A stretch of 64,000 nucleotides of DNA from Bilabrum cf. latius. Lineage: Eukaryota. Below the pieces are notes generated by a model, which was not told the origin of the DNA, ran no database searches, and saw only the letters and a program-made list of their open reading frames with translations. The stretch covers positions 124,001-188,000 of the forward strand of contig OZ237764.1 in assembly GCA_965178125.1 (NCBI GenBank), written 5' to 3'. Made by a program: the position numbers and the translations under genes. Shown piece after piece: positions 1-13,709 of the stretch; the stretch's first letter is position 1; each line of letters starts with the position of its first letter.

Positions 1-310
1 GCGAGGTGTGGAGCGTTCTGACAATCTACAGCAACCGGTGGCATCCAGCGATTATCTGCATCAGAGCAAGTGGTTTCGGGGCACTGGCAAAGCATCATAC
101 CTAGATACGTTTTAGTGGCGTTGTGTCATCCCCACTAAGCTCCGCGCCACCCATCAGCAGTCGAAATGCTGCAGGCTCCAAAGGCAAGGGCAACACGGGG
201 TGCTTCTCTGCTACTTGCTATCGAATTGTCGCAAGCGTCGAGTCACTCGGCACCTCGATGTGGAAAGAGCCTTTCTCCTTGTTGTAGACGTCGATCACCT
301 GCACTCTCAT
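1..310 (-). CDS. Protein with N-terminal ubiquitin-like domain (partial, runs off the window start)
   Basis: ATG at 310: MRVQVIDVYNKEKGSFHIEVPSDSTLATIR(TAG)QVAEKHP...FRLLMGGAELSGDD resembles a Ubl beta-grasp pattern. Reads through TAG at 218-220; probable intron donor GTATGA at 100. Confidence 0.55.
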
Positions 311-480
311 GTCATATATTGTGAATATCCACGGCCCAGTGTACACGTTGCGTGCTCTTTCACGCATCATCCTGGTCAAATCGGATCTGTTGCGTGCTCC
401 GCTCTGCATCCCAACTTCGTTCGTCTTGGAGGCAGCTTCCTTCCATAGCTACTTACTTTGCAATTGCATCTAGGATCGAG

Positions 481-3400
481 ATGGAAATGAGCCACAACGA
501 GCTGAGAGAACTCCAAAACGGTGAGCTGCCCGTTGTCTACTCCCAACTCCGACTCATTCGTTTGGATGGCCTAATACAGCGGAACATAAATGGTAGAATA
601 GATTTCTTAGTTAGGCATTGAGGCAACGATTGGCGCCAAGTTGTCGCATAGTTAGTGGTCCGTGGAACTGGGTGTTTCCGTTCGGTTGCAGTACGCTCTT
701 CTTTCGCAGGCTTCGTGGGGTACAAGGTGAACAAGAAAGGAAACTACAGCAAAGTGAGAAAAAATTGTCTAGTATACTAGTCAGAGCTTCGCCTGCCTTG
801 CATTTAATACCTCTAAGCTCCACACAACACGGCGACGCAGAAAGCTGTGTTTTTTACATCTGACGGTTGCAAGCTGGGCTGGAAGCCATCTAAGAACGCA
901 ACAGAGTACAGTGAGTGGACATGCACGAGTCTATTTTGTAGCTATCCGTACTCAGAGGTTCCACCTCGATGGTGTCCCGCTTCCCTACCCGCAGTCCCGC
1001 TGCAAGAGATCGAGCATGTCGCCGGGATCACACACGATGATAGCTGGCAGTCCTTCCTGGGAACGTATGCAGCAACTCTGCGGAAGCAGCTCAGCACGGA
1101 TCGTGCTGTTGATACTCCCGACTCCACGGTGGTGGAGCTAGAGAAACTGGGAGGAGCAAAGGGCGGCTGGGCCTCGTGGGCCGCCAGAGTGTTCCGCCTC
1201 CGCGGCAGGGAGCTCGCCTACCACAAAGGGTCCCTGGACCAGCCCATGGCAGGCACCATAGACGTCCCACTTGGCACAGGGGTGGAGACGCGCGGGGAGG
1301 GCCCCGTCCACATGCTGCTGCGGCCCCCGGCCCAGGCGGAGGGCCCCGTCAGGGAGCTGAGGTCCAGCGACACTGCTGCGGTGGCCAGGCTGAGCGCAGC
1401 GATCCGGACCTCGTGCAGTGTGCCGCTGCACCGATGCCTGCAGCAGGCTGCATCCATTGCGGAGGGCAGGGGCATGGAGCCAGATCGAGGAGGAGGTGCA
1501 CCTGGCTCTGGCTCTGGGTCGTCGCTTGAAGCCCGCGCGACGAGGGCGGGCACTGGCACCGGCATCAGTGCACTTGGTGCTGCCGCCAGCCGCTGCATAG
1601 GCGAAGCGGCCGGGAGCACACCCCGGGAAGCAGACCGGTCGGAGGACTTTGCCAGCCTCATGGGCCGACGGGCGATCACAATCGTCACACGCCGCCGGTC
1701 TCTCCGTCTGGTGGCCAGCAGCCCTGCCAACGCCTCCAGGCTGCTGTTCCTGCTGTCCTCGCACCTCATGCAGAGAGAGCAAGGAGGGGCCACTGGATCC
1801 GCCGGGAGAGGTCCCACTGTGCCTGGCCTGGATGCCGTGCAGCGGGCCTCTGCAGTGCTGGCGCGGCCCCTGGAGAGCGAGCCACCGATCAGGGCCTCGG
1901 CTGCGGGGGTGCTCCTGAGGGCGGGGCGGGCATGGGAGGCGCTGGGGCTGGTGTGCACCCGCGGCACGGAGGGATGCCCCGCCTGCATGGAGGTGCGGGG
2001 GCGGTGCGCGGCGGGGCTGGTGGACGGGCTGGTGGGGGGGGAGAGCAGGGAGGGGGTGGCGGCGGGGGGGCTCGAGGCGGCTGCGGCGTGCTGCAGGATG
2101 ATGCCTCACCGATCGGAGCTGTGGGCCCTGCTTGCGAGGTGCGCCGTGCAGGCGGGGCACGTGGATCTGGGCGAGCGGATTGGGGCGTCGCTCGAGGCCG
2201 AACTGGGGGCGGCAGACGCGACAGGCGCCCTGGCTCTGGGGTGGGCCCTCGGGGCCGCAGAGGACGCAAAGAAGAAGGTCCGCGGGGCAGGGCTGCTCCT
2301 TAGGGCTCACAGGGCCGACCCGCAGTGGGTGGAGGCAGGGGCGATGGCTTGCACGCCGAGTGAGCTCGGGGGCTGCAGCTGTGGCTCAACGGATCTATCG
2401 AGCTTGCAGGCGATGGTGTTGCGGCACGGTGTGCTGGGGTCTTGCGCTGCCAGATGCGCCGCGCTGGCCTCTCTCTCCTAGGGGCGGCCGGAGGAGGCAG
2501 TGGCTTGTCTTCGGCCCCTCGTGGATGGGAGCACTGCCGACAGGGGCGTGCTGGCGCTGTTCTGCTCGTCTCTACTGGCGGTAGGAGGGGCCGAAGAGGC
2601 ACTTGGCATGGCACGAACAGGGCTGCAGACTGGGGCTGCACCTGGAGCAGCTGCAGCAGCAGCAGCAGGGGCAGCAGCACAGCTCGGGCTCGACAAGGCC
2701 AGTGGCCAGAGAGCACTCACTGACCCGGACACTGCCTGGTTGCTGGCAGTGTGCGCTCGGTGCGAGCTGGCGGCGTGGCTGGAAGACGTGGGTGCAAAGC
2801 CTTGGCCCGAGGTGGGGCCCATTGACGGAGCTGAAGACGACCCGGACTACTGCAGTGCGATGCAGCTGGTAGAGCGGGCAGAGGAAGTAGCTCGGTCCAG
2901 CGGCAGTACACACAGTTAGACGGTGGCCGGGCTCGCTCTTGCGGAGTGTCTCATCGTCGGGGGCAGGGAGGCAGAGGAGGCCAGAGGGGCTCTGCCGGCG
3001 GGGGGGCTGGCTGTCAGGTGTGGGTATGCGGGGGACCTAAAGAGGCTGCGGGGGCTGCTAGGGATATCAGCGGAGCAGGAGCAAGCCGATGCAGGGGAGG
3101 AAGGGCATGGGGATGTACGCGAGAAGGACGGAGGGCATGGGGATGTACGCGAGTAGGACGGAGGGCATGGGGATGTACACGAGAAGGACGGAGGGCATGG
3201 GGGTGCACACGAGAATGAGGATAAGGCCGTGGGCGGCCGTACTGTGGAGGGTGCTGTGGATGTGGACGAGGAGAAGGATGAGAAAAAAGCCGATGGAGAC
3301 GCGGAGGAGCGACGGGCTCAGTATTTCGCGAAGATGCGTGCGGCCAAGGAGGAGGAGCGGGCAGCGAAGGCGAAGGCGGAGGCGGATCGGCTGGCGGTGA

Positions 3401-3597
3401 TGAGTGAGGAGGAGCGGGCGCAGTACGAGGAGGAGAAGAAGGTAGGGGAGAGGATGAAGAAGAAGCAGGACAAGATGCTGAACAAGATGGCCGGCACGTA
3501 TGGGAGTGCCCGAGCGGTTGGGCTGCGAGGCAGGGGGCGAGGCAGGGGTAGAGGCAAGGGCAGGGGTAGGGGTAGGGGCAGAGGTCGGGGGCGATGA
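481..3597 (+). CDS. PH-domain protein with alanine-rich helical region and C-terminal charged/RG-repeat tail; small 5' exons
   Basis: ORFs 847-2481, 2500-2919, 2923-3156 and 3229-3597 share one frame and are separated only by TAG; TGA at 3595-3597. PH-like motif LEKLGGAKGGWASWAARVFRLRGRELAYHK. Probable first intron 521-579 (GTGAG...CTAATACAG); exon structure before 847 is uncertain. Confidence 0.7.
3101..3213 (+). repeat. 30-bp coding tandem repeat (about 4 copies, EKDGGHGDVR-like)
   Basis: Unit gagaaggacggagggcatggggatgtacgc; one copy has TAG in place of AAG at 3154-3156 and the frame continues. Confidence 0.9.
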
Positions 3598-4129
3598 TTA
3601 TCATGCAACAGTGTGTGGCGCGAGCGACTGGAACTGTTTTTTTCACTCACGCGTCGTTGCTGCATCCAGCAGTGACATAAAGATGAAGACAATGTGGCAC
3701 GCAGGAGAGGTGCACACCTTCCCGCGACTTTCCGTTTTATAGACGTTGCACGATGCGCCGCATCCGTTGAGGCTGCCGGGCCTGTCTAGCGCGCAGTCAG
3801 CCCATGCGTCGCGTGCAGCTGTCTCCAGGGCCCAATAGTGTACAAACCGGAGCCTCGTTGGCCCACTTTGCGTGACTGCATCCCCGGGTCCGGCCATCTG
3901 CGGCGTGGGGCAAACTGGTGCGCGGGTCTGACGGGGCAGTGGGGCCCTGCCTAGCTCCCTGAGTGGTCATACATCTCCAAGGTCGAAGTTGCCATCATTA
4001 AACAAAATCAAAACAAGAGGAGCACGCAGTAAACCAGGCTTGCCCACTGGAAGAACTGCATCGCACTGTAGAGCTCTGGTGGAATGGTTCCGTTGGAAAG
4101 GCATCTGGCAATACACACCGACTGATACG

Positions 4130-5585
4130 ATGCCAAAGAAAAAGAAAGGCAAGAAGAAGAAGGAAGAACCAGATGTGCTTCCTGTGAGGCTTGCAGAGTC
4201 GTTAGTGTTGAACGCGTCCATGCGTGGTCATTGCAGCCCTGTCAGTGTTTGGCGAATGGATTCTGTATTATCGCAGGTTGACTTTAGCAAGGTTCCCCCA
4301 GTTGATGGCTTGGATGGTCGGTTAGGCATCGAGCCTATCGAGCTCAAGCGCAAGGTCGAGTCTGCGAAATCGGAGCTGGTCGTGCATCGTGTGCGATCAG
4401 CGCTGGAGAGCGGGAGCAGAGGCATCGACTTGGCCTCCATGGAATTGAGCGAGCTGCCACCCGTTCTCGATGCATTGGAAGCAGCTACCGAGATTGTTTT
4501 AGCAGGGAACATGCTTGTCAATGGGGTGATCGAGGACCTTGGAAAGTTCGCCGCCATCCAAGTGCTCGATCTCAGCCGGAATCTGATCGCTGGCGAACTG
4601 CCTGCGGCGGTAGGAGAGCTCAAAAAGATGAAAGAGTTGCGATTAGACCGTAAGCAGATTGAATGCGTCGTTTGGCTGCGTTTGTGCCTCCAGTCGTGCG
4701 AGCCCTTAGCCCAGCTACGCCATCCCCCGCCCTTCTCCAACCTCGTTGCTCGCGCGCACCGCAGACAACGTGCTGGTATCTCTGCCCCCGCAATTGGGCG
4801 ATCTGCTTGAGCTGGAGGTGCTCGGCCTCCGCAACAACAGGCTCAAGGAGCTGCCGGCCGCATGCTGCGAGGGCTGGGCCAGGCTCAAGTCCCTGGACCT
4901 CGCTGACAACAAGCTAGAGACTCTGCCCGACCAGATCGGGGACTGCGTGTCCCTGCAGCGGCTGGACCTGGGCCACAACAAGCTGCCCGCCCTCCCCGGG
5001 ACCCTCTCCCGACTGGCCTCCCTCCAGCACCTGGACGCCAGCAGGAACGCGCTCACCGAGGTGCCGCTGGAGCTGGGCAGCTGCTCCAGGCTGAGGGTGC
5101 TGCTGCTCGGCGAGAACGCGATCACCGGGATTCCGGGCGAGGCGTTGCGCGGGCTGGGCCAGCTCCGGTGCCTGCACCTGCAGGGGAACAAGCTGTCCGA
5201 GCTGCCTGCTGAGGTGGGCGAGCTGGGTGAGCTGGAGGACCTGAGCGTGGCGGGGAACAGTCTCAAGACGCTGCCTGACTCGCTGGGCGGGTGCCGGAAC
5301 CTGAAGCGGCTCTACTGCCAGGGCAACGCGAAGATGACGAGCGTGCCCGATTCCATGCGGGAGCTGACCGAGCTGGAGGAGGCCAGCTTCAAGCTATGCA
5401 AGCTCAAGAAGCTGCCCGAGGGTGCGGAGGCTGGGTGGAGTAAGCTGCGTTACATGGACGTGTCGGGCAAGGGCAAGAAGCCCTGCTGCAAGCTGGACGC
5501 GGAGATGGTGGAGACCCTGGAGCACGCCGAGGTGCGGCTCGTGGGCTTCGGTCTGGCCAAGAAGAAGAAGAAAAAGAAGAAATGA
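4130..5585 (+). CDS. Leucine-rich-repeat protein (LxxLxLxxNxLxxLP repeats) with poly-Lys at both ends
   Basis: ATG at 4130 (MPKKKKGKKKK). Probable introns 4184-4276 and 4650-4764 (GTAAGC...CCGCAG, restoring LDHNVLVSLPPQLG). Many canonical LRRs; TGA at 5583-5585; no TAG codons. Confidence 0.9.
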
Positions 5586-5756
5586 TGGACCAGTGGGAAG
5601 ACAATCGTATGCTACTCCGTGATTTCTGAGCATCTAAGTGCATTCCACGCTCTTCTGACGTACACCTTGGCGCCATGATCGGCCTCCCTGCACCCTGCTG
5701 CCCCTGCCTCGCCGCTTGCCCCGCCCACCCCCTCCGCGCTAAACGCATACCACCGA

Positions 5757-7375
5757 TCACCCCATGACGCTCACTGCCCCATGCCCCTTCCCCCCGACCC
5801 CCTTGCCCCCGCCTTGCTCGATGTCCTACTACGGATCGCTTACCCCGCTCCCCGCCTGCCTAGAGCTCATGGATCGCCCCAGGGTTTCGTCCTCCCTCGA
5901 CTCCCTCAGCCCCTGCACGATGTCACCCAGCCGACTGCCCCTCTTCCGCATGGCAGCGCGAGCCAACGCCATGGACATAGACCCAGCGGGGGAGCTTGAG
6001 GGCCTACTAGTGCCAATGAGACTCGCCGGAGATACTGCCCCTGTCCCAGCCTGCCTGGCACCCCCAGCCCCAGGGGCACTCGTGATGTCCCTGGCCTCTT
6101 TCTAGAGGGGATGGGACACGTGCCTGGAAGTGGCGCCCATGGACTGGGCCTGCAGGCGGGCCCGTCTGTCTCGCATGTATCTAGCACGATTGGAGCCGGC
6201 CATGCGGCGGGCGCGGTCCTGGATCGCCGTCTCAGTGCGCTTCTGTCGGTCCCTCCGCGCTGTGGCCCCATGCTTGCGCTCTGCCGAGGCTTCGTCAGGC
6301 GAGGACATGACCGAGCCTGGAGCCTCCGCGGAGGCATGTTTATTGTCTACACTAGGATCATCATTCCCACTGCCTAGATTTTCAGCCCCCCATCGAATGC
6401 CATGGTCCCCCAGCGCGGCCATGACGAGGCTCCTGGTCCACCACTGCGGCAGCAAGAGAGTGAGCCAGGATGCTGGTAGCGTAGCGAGGCGTGCGAGCAA
6501 AACGCAACATCTATCTGGCCGAAATAGCTGTACGTATAGCAGCGTAGTCCTACTCACTGCGAGAGCCCCTGTGACTCCGTGTAGCGCCCAGCTGAGGCAC
6601 AAGTCTTGAAAGAAACTGGCCTAGAACTCGCGCATGGACCAGCGGTCGCAATACAGCAGCCGCTGCTCGGCGCACTGCAAGATGAGAGTCAGAGCAAGCG
6701 CGTATTCGTAGATGATAATGAATAAAGAGAACATTGTGGATCTGGCACCGACATGCACGCGCATAATGCGGCTCTGCAAGCGGCTGGACTTGGCCTCACG
6801 AATTCGCGTGCCTGGCGGACTAGCACGACCAGACCAGACATGAACCCTAGCTGGAAGAAAATGCAAACCCCCGCCGCACCAACCGCTAGAAGTATCCAGA
6901 GTAACCCGCATCGCAGACCGAGCTTAGACCGTCTAGTCGCTGGCAGTACGACAGCCAGGCCAACCACGACCATCGCGAACACCGAGGCAGTGACGCTGGC
7001 AATGCCGACCAGCCAGAGCAGCGCGCGAACGCTGGATCTTCGTTGGCTGGTATCAACCGTTGGAATTTCGGAGAATGCCATACTTGTTCCTAGGCATGTG
7101 TTAACCAGTGCGACAGTGGTCGTCATTCCTGCTGCCGCGACAGCCAAACGAAGTGAGCGCGGGAGCACGCCGATCGCAGCAAGAATGGTGCCAATCCAGC
7201 CAAGAGTGCAGGAGTATATCAGCCGAATAGGGAAGCACGCAACTGAATTCGATAGGAAAACTCCGGCGTGATAAATTAAGTTTTGGATTCCCGCGCAGCA
7301 GAATGGATCGTCCGCTGCCGCAGCTACATCGAGCAGCCATTCTTGAGCTTCTATATCGCGTTGGCTAGCCTCCAT
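5757..7375 (-). CDS. Hypothetical multi-pass membrane protein with low-complexity C-terminal tail
   Basis: Hydrophobic ORF from ATG 7375, probable intron near 6740-6800, then the frame of 6621-6911 and 6102-6602 joined across TAG at 6621 and 6102 and a TAG-TAG pair near 5830; TGA at 5757-5759. Confidence 0.55.
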
Positions 7376-7490
7376 GGATCATCAATTTAGTGTCTATACG
7401 ATTCCTCCCATCCCAGTATATGATTCCTTCCATCCCAGTGAGTCGATTCAACTGTGACGATGAGCCACCCCGAGCTGCCCCACTCATTGC

Positions 7491-10412
7491 TCACCTGCAG
7501 TGCGCGAACGTAGCCACATCGGAGACAAGCAGATCAGATGCCCCCAGCGCTAGCATGCCAAAGTAGCTCGCCCTATCCTGATCGCCCGTTCCTGTCCCGC
7601 CACTATCTGCCTCTCCCTCTCCCACTGCCGTTGCCACTGCCTCCTCGCCCTCTTCGCGCTCCTCGCCCTCAGCCTCGGCCTCCCACTCTCTTGCATCCCG
7701 AGCGAGCCAGAAACTGCCCCACGGACTTGTCTCTTTTCCAGCCGCGGCCTCACCACCCACATCCCCATCCCTGCGGTCACCTGCCCCATCACCTTCCCCT
7801 GGGCCCATCTCCACCCCTAGCCCCTCGAGACAGCTGGACCCCCCCCCAGGCAGGTCCTACGGTCCAACGGCTCCCGACAGACTGCTCATCTGAAGCGCGG
7901 GTGGGGTCGAGCCCTACCACACGCTGCCGCTGCTGCGGCTACCACCACTGCCTGCATCCCCTGCACGTCCAGACACTGCGGTCCGGGACCCACTCGACGA
8001 CCCACCCTTCCCCTGGCAGGGCTATTCCACCTCCTAGTCTACTGAGTCCTGCCTCACTACATCGCCTGGTACCTCATCAAAGCTGCCCGAGCCCACGGCA
8101 TGCGAGGACGAGGAAGAGGACGCTCTCGGGACGCTCCGCCCCTGCCACAGCGTGAGGCTGTCGGCCCTGATGCCGCCCACAGCCTGCAGCGCGCACTCGG
8201 GTGCATCGCGTTGCAGCGCATCCCACGCCCGCCTGGCCTGGCTCAGACCCGCCCCCTGCAGCTCCTCGCACACCGTCCCCGTGGACCATCCCATGTGTGC
8301 CCTGGCCGCCGCGCTATCCCCGTGCAAGTGGTCGCCCACATACATGCACCTGGCGTGCTGTCGGCGGGCGAATTGAGAGGCAGACACGCTGCCGGGGGTC
8401 TCTGCCCCTGCATCGGCGCCGGGGGGGCTGAGCGATGGACCCGCCACGCCCGGCACAGACTGCAGCGCACTGCGGCGCTTTGACCCCGCGGCCTCATCCG
8501 CCTCCGCCGCAGTGAGCCCATGGTATGCCTCCCCTCCAGCCGAAGCCCCCGCCCCAGTCCCGCCCTCGTCCGCTCCCAGCACGCCCTCCACCACCCCGGA
8601 GTCGTGCGCCCCCCGGTCACCTGCGGACCCAGGTCCAGACCCAGACCTAGACCCAGGAATGGCTCCCTGCTCCTCGATGGGGTCCGTCACGGTGACCTGC
8701 CTGCCAGCCGAGGGAACAACGAGAGGCCTATCCCTAGGCACCTCGCCCCCCGTGCCCTAGATCTTCATCTTCATCTTCATCTTCTCCCCGACGCTGGCGC
8801 TGCCCGCCGCTCGACCCGGTGCCTCCTCACTGGCAAGCACCCGCAGAGTCGATCGGCCCGCCCCTCCAGACACCACACCACTCCCGGCAGCCACCGGCGG
8901 CAGCACCGCCCCGGATACCACGTGCCCAGTCCCGTCCATGCGCACCCCTCGCCCCCTCGCCGCCAGCCTCCCCCGCAGCGTGCCCCTCTCTGATGGAGGC
9001 ACACCGGAGGTGAAGTCGTCCGCGCCATCGTGCCCTGCACCTGCACCTGCACCTGCCCCTGCACCCCACTTGAGGCTGTCCAGCAGCACCTGCACCGCAG
9101 CCGCGCTCCCCTCCAGCAGCACGTCCCTGCTCTCCGCTACAGCGAGAAGCTCGCCGCCGGGCCCTGGCTCCTCCCGGAGCTCGTCGGGCGAACGTTCCTC
9201 CCCTCCCTACTTTTGTTCCCTGCAGAACCGCACCAGCTCCGCCGCTGCCCTAGCCTCTTCCCCCAGCCGGGCCCGCAGCTCCGACTGCCCTCCCAGCCCC
9301 CAGCCCAGCCCTCGTCCAAGCGCGCCGGCACGTGCAGGGGGCAGAGGGGAGTGGACGGTGCGCGGGAGCCGGACGGCCCGCCGCCCCGTGCGCCAGCCGT
9401 CATCGGCCATGACCTTGAAGGGGCGAACCTTCGCGAACCACCCCCCTTTCCCCGTGTCGAAGAGCATCGAGTCGAAGCACTCGCAGTACCTCTCCCCCAG
9501 GCAGAATCGGAGAAGCAGGCGCGCGTACCTAAAGTGCGAGTTGGTCGCAAGCACCACAAAGACGCCGCGCCGCCGCAGGTCCAGCAGCATCTCACGCACG
9601 TGCGGCCGGGCGAACAGGAAGTCCTCGGGTCTGGCCTGCATGCCGGTCATGAAGCGGTGCCGGGGCGCCCCCAGGGCTCCGATGTTGTCAAACACCGCGA
9701 AAAAGGCCCGGAACAGCGGAGGTAGCAACCAATCGTAGCTACGACGTGGTTTCGAATCCCCTGGGCCTGCCTCATCGCTACCTGTGCCGGCAGTCGGATC
9801 GCCCCCACTGGCACTGGCAGCCCCGCCGCCGATGGCCTCCTGGGCGCGCTGCACGGCGTCGTTTCGCTCCTTGCCGCTGGTCTTGTCAAAGCTGGAATCG
9901 GCGCCCTGCGTGTCCGCGGCTGCTTCCGGTGTGAGCTCCCCCGCATCTACTGCCGCCACGAGGTCCTGGATGACTAGCACCGCCGGAGCGTCGAAGTACG
10001 TCACGAATGCCAGGAACGACGGGTGCTTTTCGCGGGAACGGAGAAGGTCAAAGCCATCCCAGGTGCGCGTTTTGCCAAAGTGCTCGACTATCTCACCGGG
10101 GGTCAGCTGCCGTCTTCCCCTTGAAGCCCTGTCCACGCGCCCATGAGCATCCAGCTTCAGCACAAGGCCAGACGCAACATCGAACACTAATCCCTTCTGC
10201 TAAGCCTAGTGATCGTACCCCTTCTTGCTCCGTCGGAATGATTCTGGGAGCGCATCGAATATGCTCTCGTATATCGCTCGCCCCAGTGTTCTCAATCGGT
10301 ATCTTGCGATTGTGTGATCTAAATCCAGCAGCACGCAATCCTGCCGGGCCAGATCCGACCTTGCTGGACTACCAAGCCATAGCACTGCATCAGATAATTC
10401 TGCTGAAGCCAT
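7491..10412 (-). CDS. HAD-superfamily 5'-nucleotidase (NT5C2/NT5DC-like), about 973 aa with low-complexity insertions
   Basis: Motif I LLDLDHTIARY, KGLVFD, LATNS, motif IV YVGDHLHGD...GWST..VCEEL and C-terminal WGSF. All fragments lie in one frame, joined by TAG (10206, 10200, 9207, 8757, 8034, 7914, 7857); TGA at 7491. Confidence 0.88.
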
Positions 10413-10651
10413 CCGAGTTAGAAATCAAAGGTGAAAAAGATTAAAATGCCCCAGTGAGCCGCTGTGGCGGTACTACAGTACACTGCACCCAGCTGCACAC
10501 CGACTGGTGGTTGTTGCCCAGGCATATCGCCGGGCTTGAACGCCACCAGTGGCGCGCTTGAGTGCCGTGCAGCAGCGCGTTGCCCTCCTCGAGGCGTGGC
10601 ACAAGCATCCTGCCAAGTCCAGATTCAAGCAGCGGTGAGCCGGCATCGACA

Positions 10652-12769
10652 TCATCCCGGCGCCTGCAGCAGCACATCGCTCTCCTCCTACTAGGCATCC
10701 CTTCCCAGCTCCTGTCCATGGCCCAGCTCCTGCTAGAGGGCGGCAGCGCCTCTATTTCCGTCTAGTGTGCGCGCCCTGCGTCGCTTCGAGGCCGCGGGCA
10801 GCTGCACGCTGCCGCCGACACCAGCACTAGCCCCGACACCGCTGCCGGTGCCAGCCCGTCCCGGAGAGTCGCTCGGCTCCAGCTCCACGCCACCCAGTCC
10901 ACTCGTCACACGATGCACCCCAAATCCGCCCGACCGCCCCGCCTCTAGATCGCTCCCCAGCAGCCCCGTCGCATACCCCCCCCTGCGCTGTTCCCCGGAC
11001 AACAGCCTCCCGAGCGGCCCCGCGCTCCCGCTCAGCAACGAGTCAGACCCACTCCTCCCCCGCCTTGGGGTCAGCGTCCCCGCCAGACTCATGGCCAGCG
11101 CCATGCCCCCTCCCGCGCCCCTCGACTCCTCCAGCATCCTCAACCTCCTGTCGTCACCATCCCCCAGCAGACTGCCACCGTCACTCCCCCCGTCGCTGCC
11201 ATCCCCGTCCTGCAGCCCTCCCCCACCCCCACCCACGCCCCCCAGCCCCAGCCCCTCCGCACTCCCAGTGCTGCTCAGCCTCCTCCTCGACCTCTGCATC
11301 GCGTCTTTGGCCACCTGCTCCCAGTCCGTCTGGATCGTGAAGTAGAGTCCTACGAACGCGACCACTGTGTATCCAATCAGCATGGCCAGCCACAACCCGT
11401 CCAGTCCGAGATCCGTCGTGTAGATCAGGACGAAGGCGAGGGGCACGGCAACCCCCCACGCCCCTGTAACGAAGCTGATGGCCACGGCCTGGGTGCGGGA
11501 CTGCCCCTGCAGCAGCGCCATGGCGTAGAAAAACACCGCGATCACCGAGTATGCGGGCGCCAGCGCTGTCCTGCAGATCCTAGCCATGAGCCTGATCACC
11601 TCCTCGTCAGAGGTGAAGATCCGGCCCACCTAGTCCGCAGCTGCCAGCAGCACGATCCCAACCACGAGTCCGAAGATCATTGACACGAACAGGTTCAGCC
11701 GCCCCACGAACTTGGCGAGCTCGATCCTGCCCGCCCCGAGGTTGTAGCCCACCCGTATGGTGGTGCCCTTGACGCTCCCGTACAGGCACGAGGTCAGCAG
11801 GAAGAGTACCTGCATCGTGGACTAATGCGCGGCCAGGGCCTGCTTCCCCAGCCTGGCTCCCAGGAAGGATATGACCTGCAGCTGGAGGTTCTCCACTAGG
11901 TTGCCCAGCATCAGCGGGAGCGTCTACCGGACAACCATGTCGTAGGCGCGCGCGGGACTGAAGGCCTCGGGCAGCCAGCTGCCTATGCCGTGCTCGAAGC
12001 AGCGCTTGTGCTTCCCGTCCCACAGCCACATGTACGCGATGGCCAGCACCAGAGCCAGCCAGCGGGTCACCGAGGTGGCCAGCGGCGACCCCACGAACCC
12101 CAGCCCCTCCCAGTGCCCAGGCACACCGAAGATGAACACCTGGTTCAGGCCAATGTTCACCGGGATCAAAGAGAGGTTGATCCACAGGGCGGGATACGCG
12201 TTGCCCAGAGCCTGCAGCGCGTTCTGCAGCACCGTGTACCACACGAAGGGGATGAGGGACAGGCAGTAGGTCTTGGTGAACAGGCCAGCCAGGTGGCTCT
12301 CGCTCTCGGGGAAACCGACTGCCAGCAGGATCGGCTCTGCGAATCCCCAGGAGATCAGCACGGGGACAGATGCCACCGCGATGCTCCAGATGCCGATCGT
12401 CGTCCAGACTGCCACCAGTCGGTAATTCCCCGCGCCAGCCGCCTAGGCACAAAGGGCGTTTACGCTCGCTGCATACGCTTGCCAGAGCGCAGCCGAAGTA
12501 AAATCGCAGAATACAAGCGCCAGAGCAGCGGCAGCGAGTTCTTCCACTCCGAGACGACCCAGAAAAGCTGTATCTGTGGTCTCTAGGATGATTCGGCCGA
12601 GCGACGCGGCACTTACCGGCGCAGCGATTCCGGCCCAAGACCACGACTCGGTGCGCCACCCTTGCGGTAGGGTCATGCGTCCCCAACATATGACGGTACG
12701 TTCGCCTTCATGGCTCAGATCCGTGCCTGTCTAAGGGCTGCTGTCCGCAAGCAGCTCCATGCTGTCCAT
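10652..12769 (-). CDS. MATE family efflux transporter, about 705 aa
   Basis: FLGRLGVEELAAAALA, ALCA(TAG)AAGAGNYRLV, LAAH(TAG)STM, IRVGYNLGAG, GLGLDGLWLAM. Eight in-frame TAGs (12731, 12443, 11924, 11822, 11630, 10733, 10691, 10688); TGA at 10652. Confidence 0.93.
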
Positions 12770-13377
12770 CCCCGCTTCGGAGACTGCTTGCGCCTCTTTT
12801 CTCGGACCTATATAATCATCCGGAGGGTAGTATCCTTCCCCTTTTAGGCTATCACTGATTTTGCTGTTGACTTGGTCTCTTGCGCTGTTAGCGTGCTCCT
12901 GCGAGGCCATCCAAAGAACTCCTTTCTGGGGAAACTTCCTAAGTTAACCCCAAGCAGGCAAGAACACAAATCAAATGTCAATCCGGTATAATGAGTGTAT
13001 AAATTACGAATATGCAATGCGTCGTTGACGGATACACTGCCACCGCTGGACGCCCTATCTAAAGGCCGCACAAGCTCACCTTGGCACTTATCACACCGTG
13101 ACCGCTCCGTACGCGATTCCGCCCACCGGTGGGCTGGCATCGAGAGGGGCTAACGAAGTCCTGCAGGAAAGGTGGCTCTTTCTGTTGCGCCTGCTGTAGA
13201 AGTTGGGTCTGCCAGTGTGGTTCGAACGCATCATGAACATCATTCATCAACGATTAGGATGGAGTGCCACAGTGTGTCGCCCTCCGCGATGAGAAACCCT
13301 GGCAGCTGAGCGGCATCACCAAGCAGGGGAAAATGCCGTCCGATGGAACCTTTTTTTGTCCACAGTGCATGCCCATG

Positions 13378-13461
13378 TCACGGCAGCAGCGCCGTCACGA
13401 AATCGTCCCAGTCCACCGCCGATGTGCCACAGCCACAGCCGCCCCCGATCGACGCTGCCGG
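13378..13461 (-). repeat. Degenerate copy of the 3' end of the gene at 15899-23185
   Basis: 13391-13428 matches 15921-15958 (1 mismatch) and 13430-13461 matches 15980-16011 (1 mismatch), with two internal deletions; the copy includes the stop codon. Confidence 0.85.
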
Positions 13462-13709
13462 ACGGGCGGCTCGCATGGCGACACAGCTGCCGGCCGGGCA
13501 GATCGGAACCGACCCACCCAAGTCTTCTGCTGCAGGAGTAGATGCTATCTGCGGGCCTGCAGGAGGCGCTGAAGCCAGAAGCAATCCTGCCGCAGGCATG
13601 GGGTCGATATATGGTGCAGCCCTGGTCATCACCACGGTGCTTGTTGAACACTCGTCACTATGACTGCACACTCTATAAATTTCCCGCCCGTCTGGTATCC
13701 CCAGCAATT

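Noticed and set aside
12850-13700. Short ORFs between MATE and GH86 (for example 13059-13250, 13378-13707)
   Set aside because: No recognisable domain; part is explained by the duplicated gene-end fragment. A small gene cannot be excluded.
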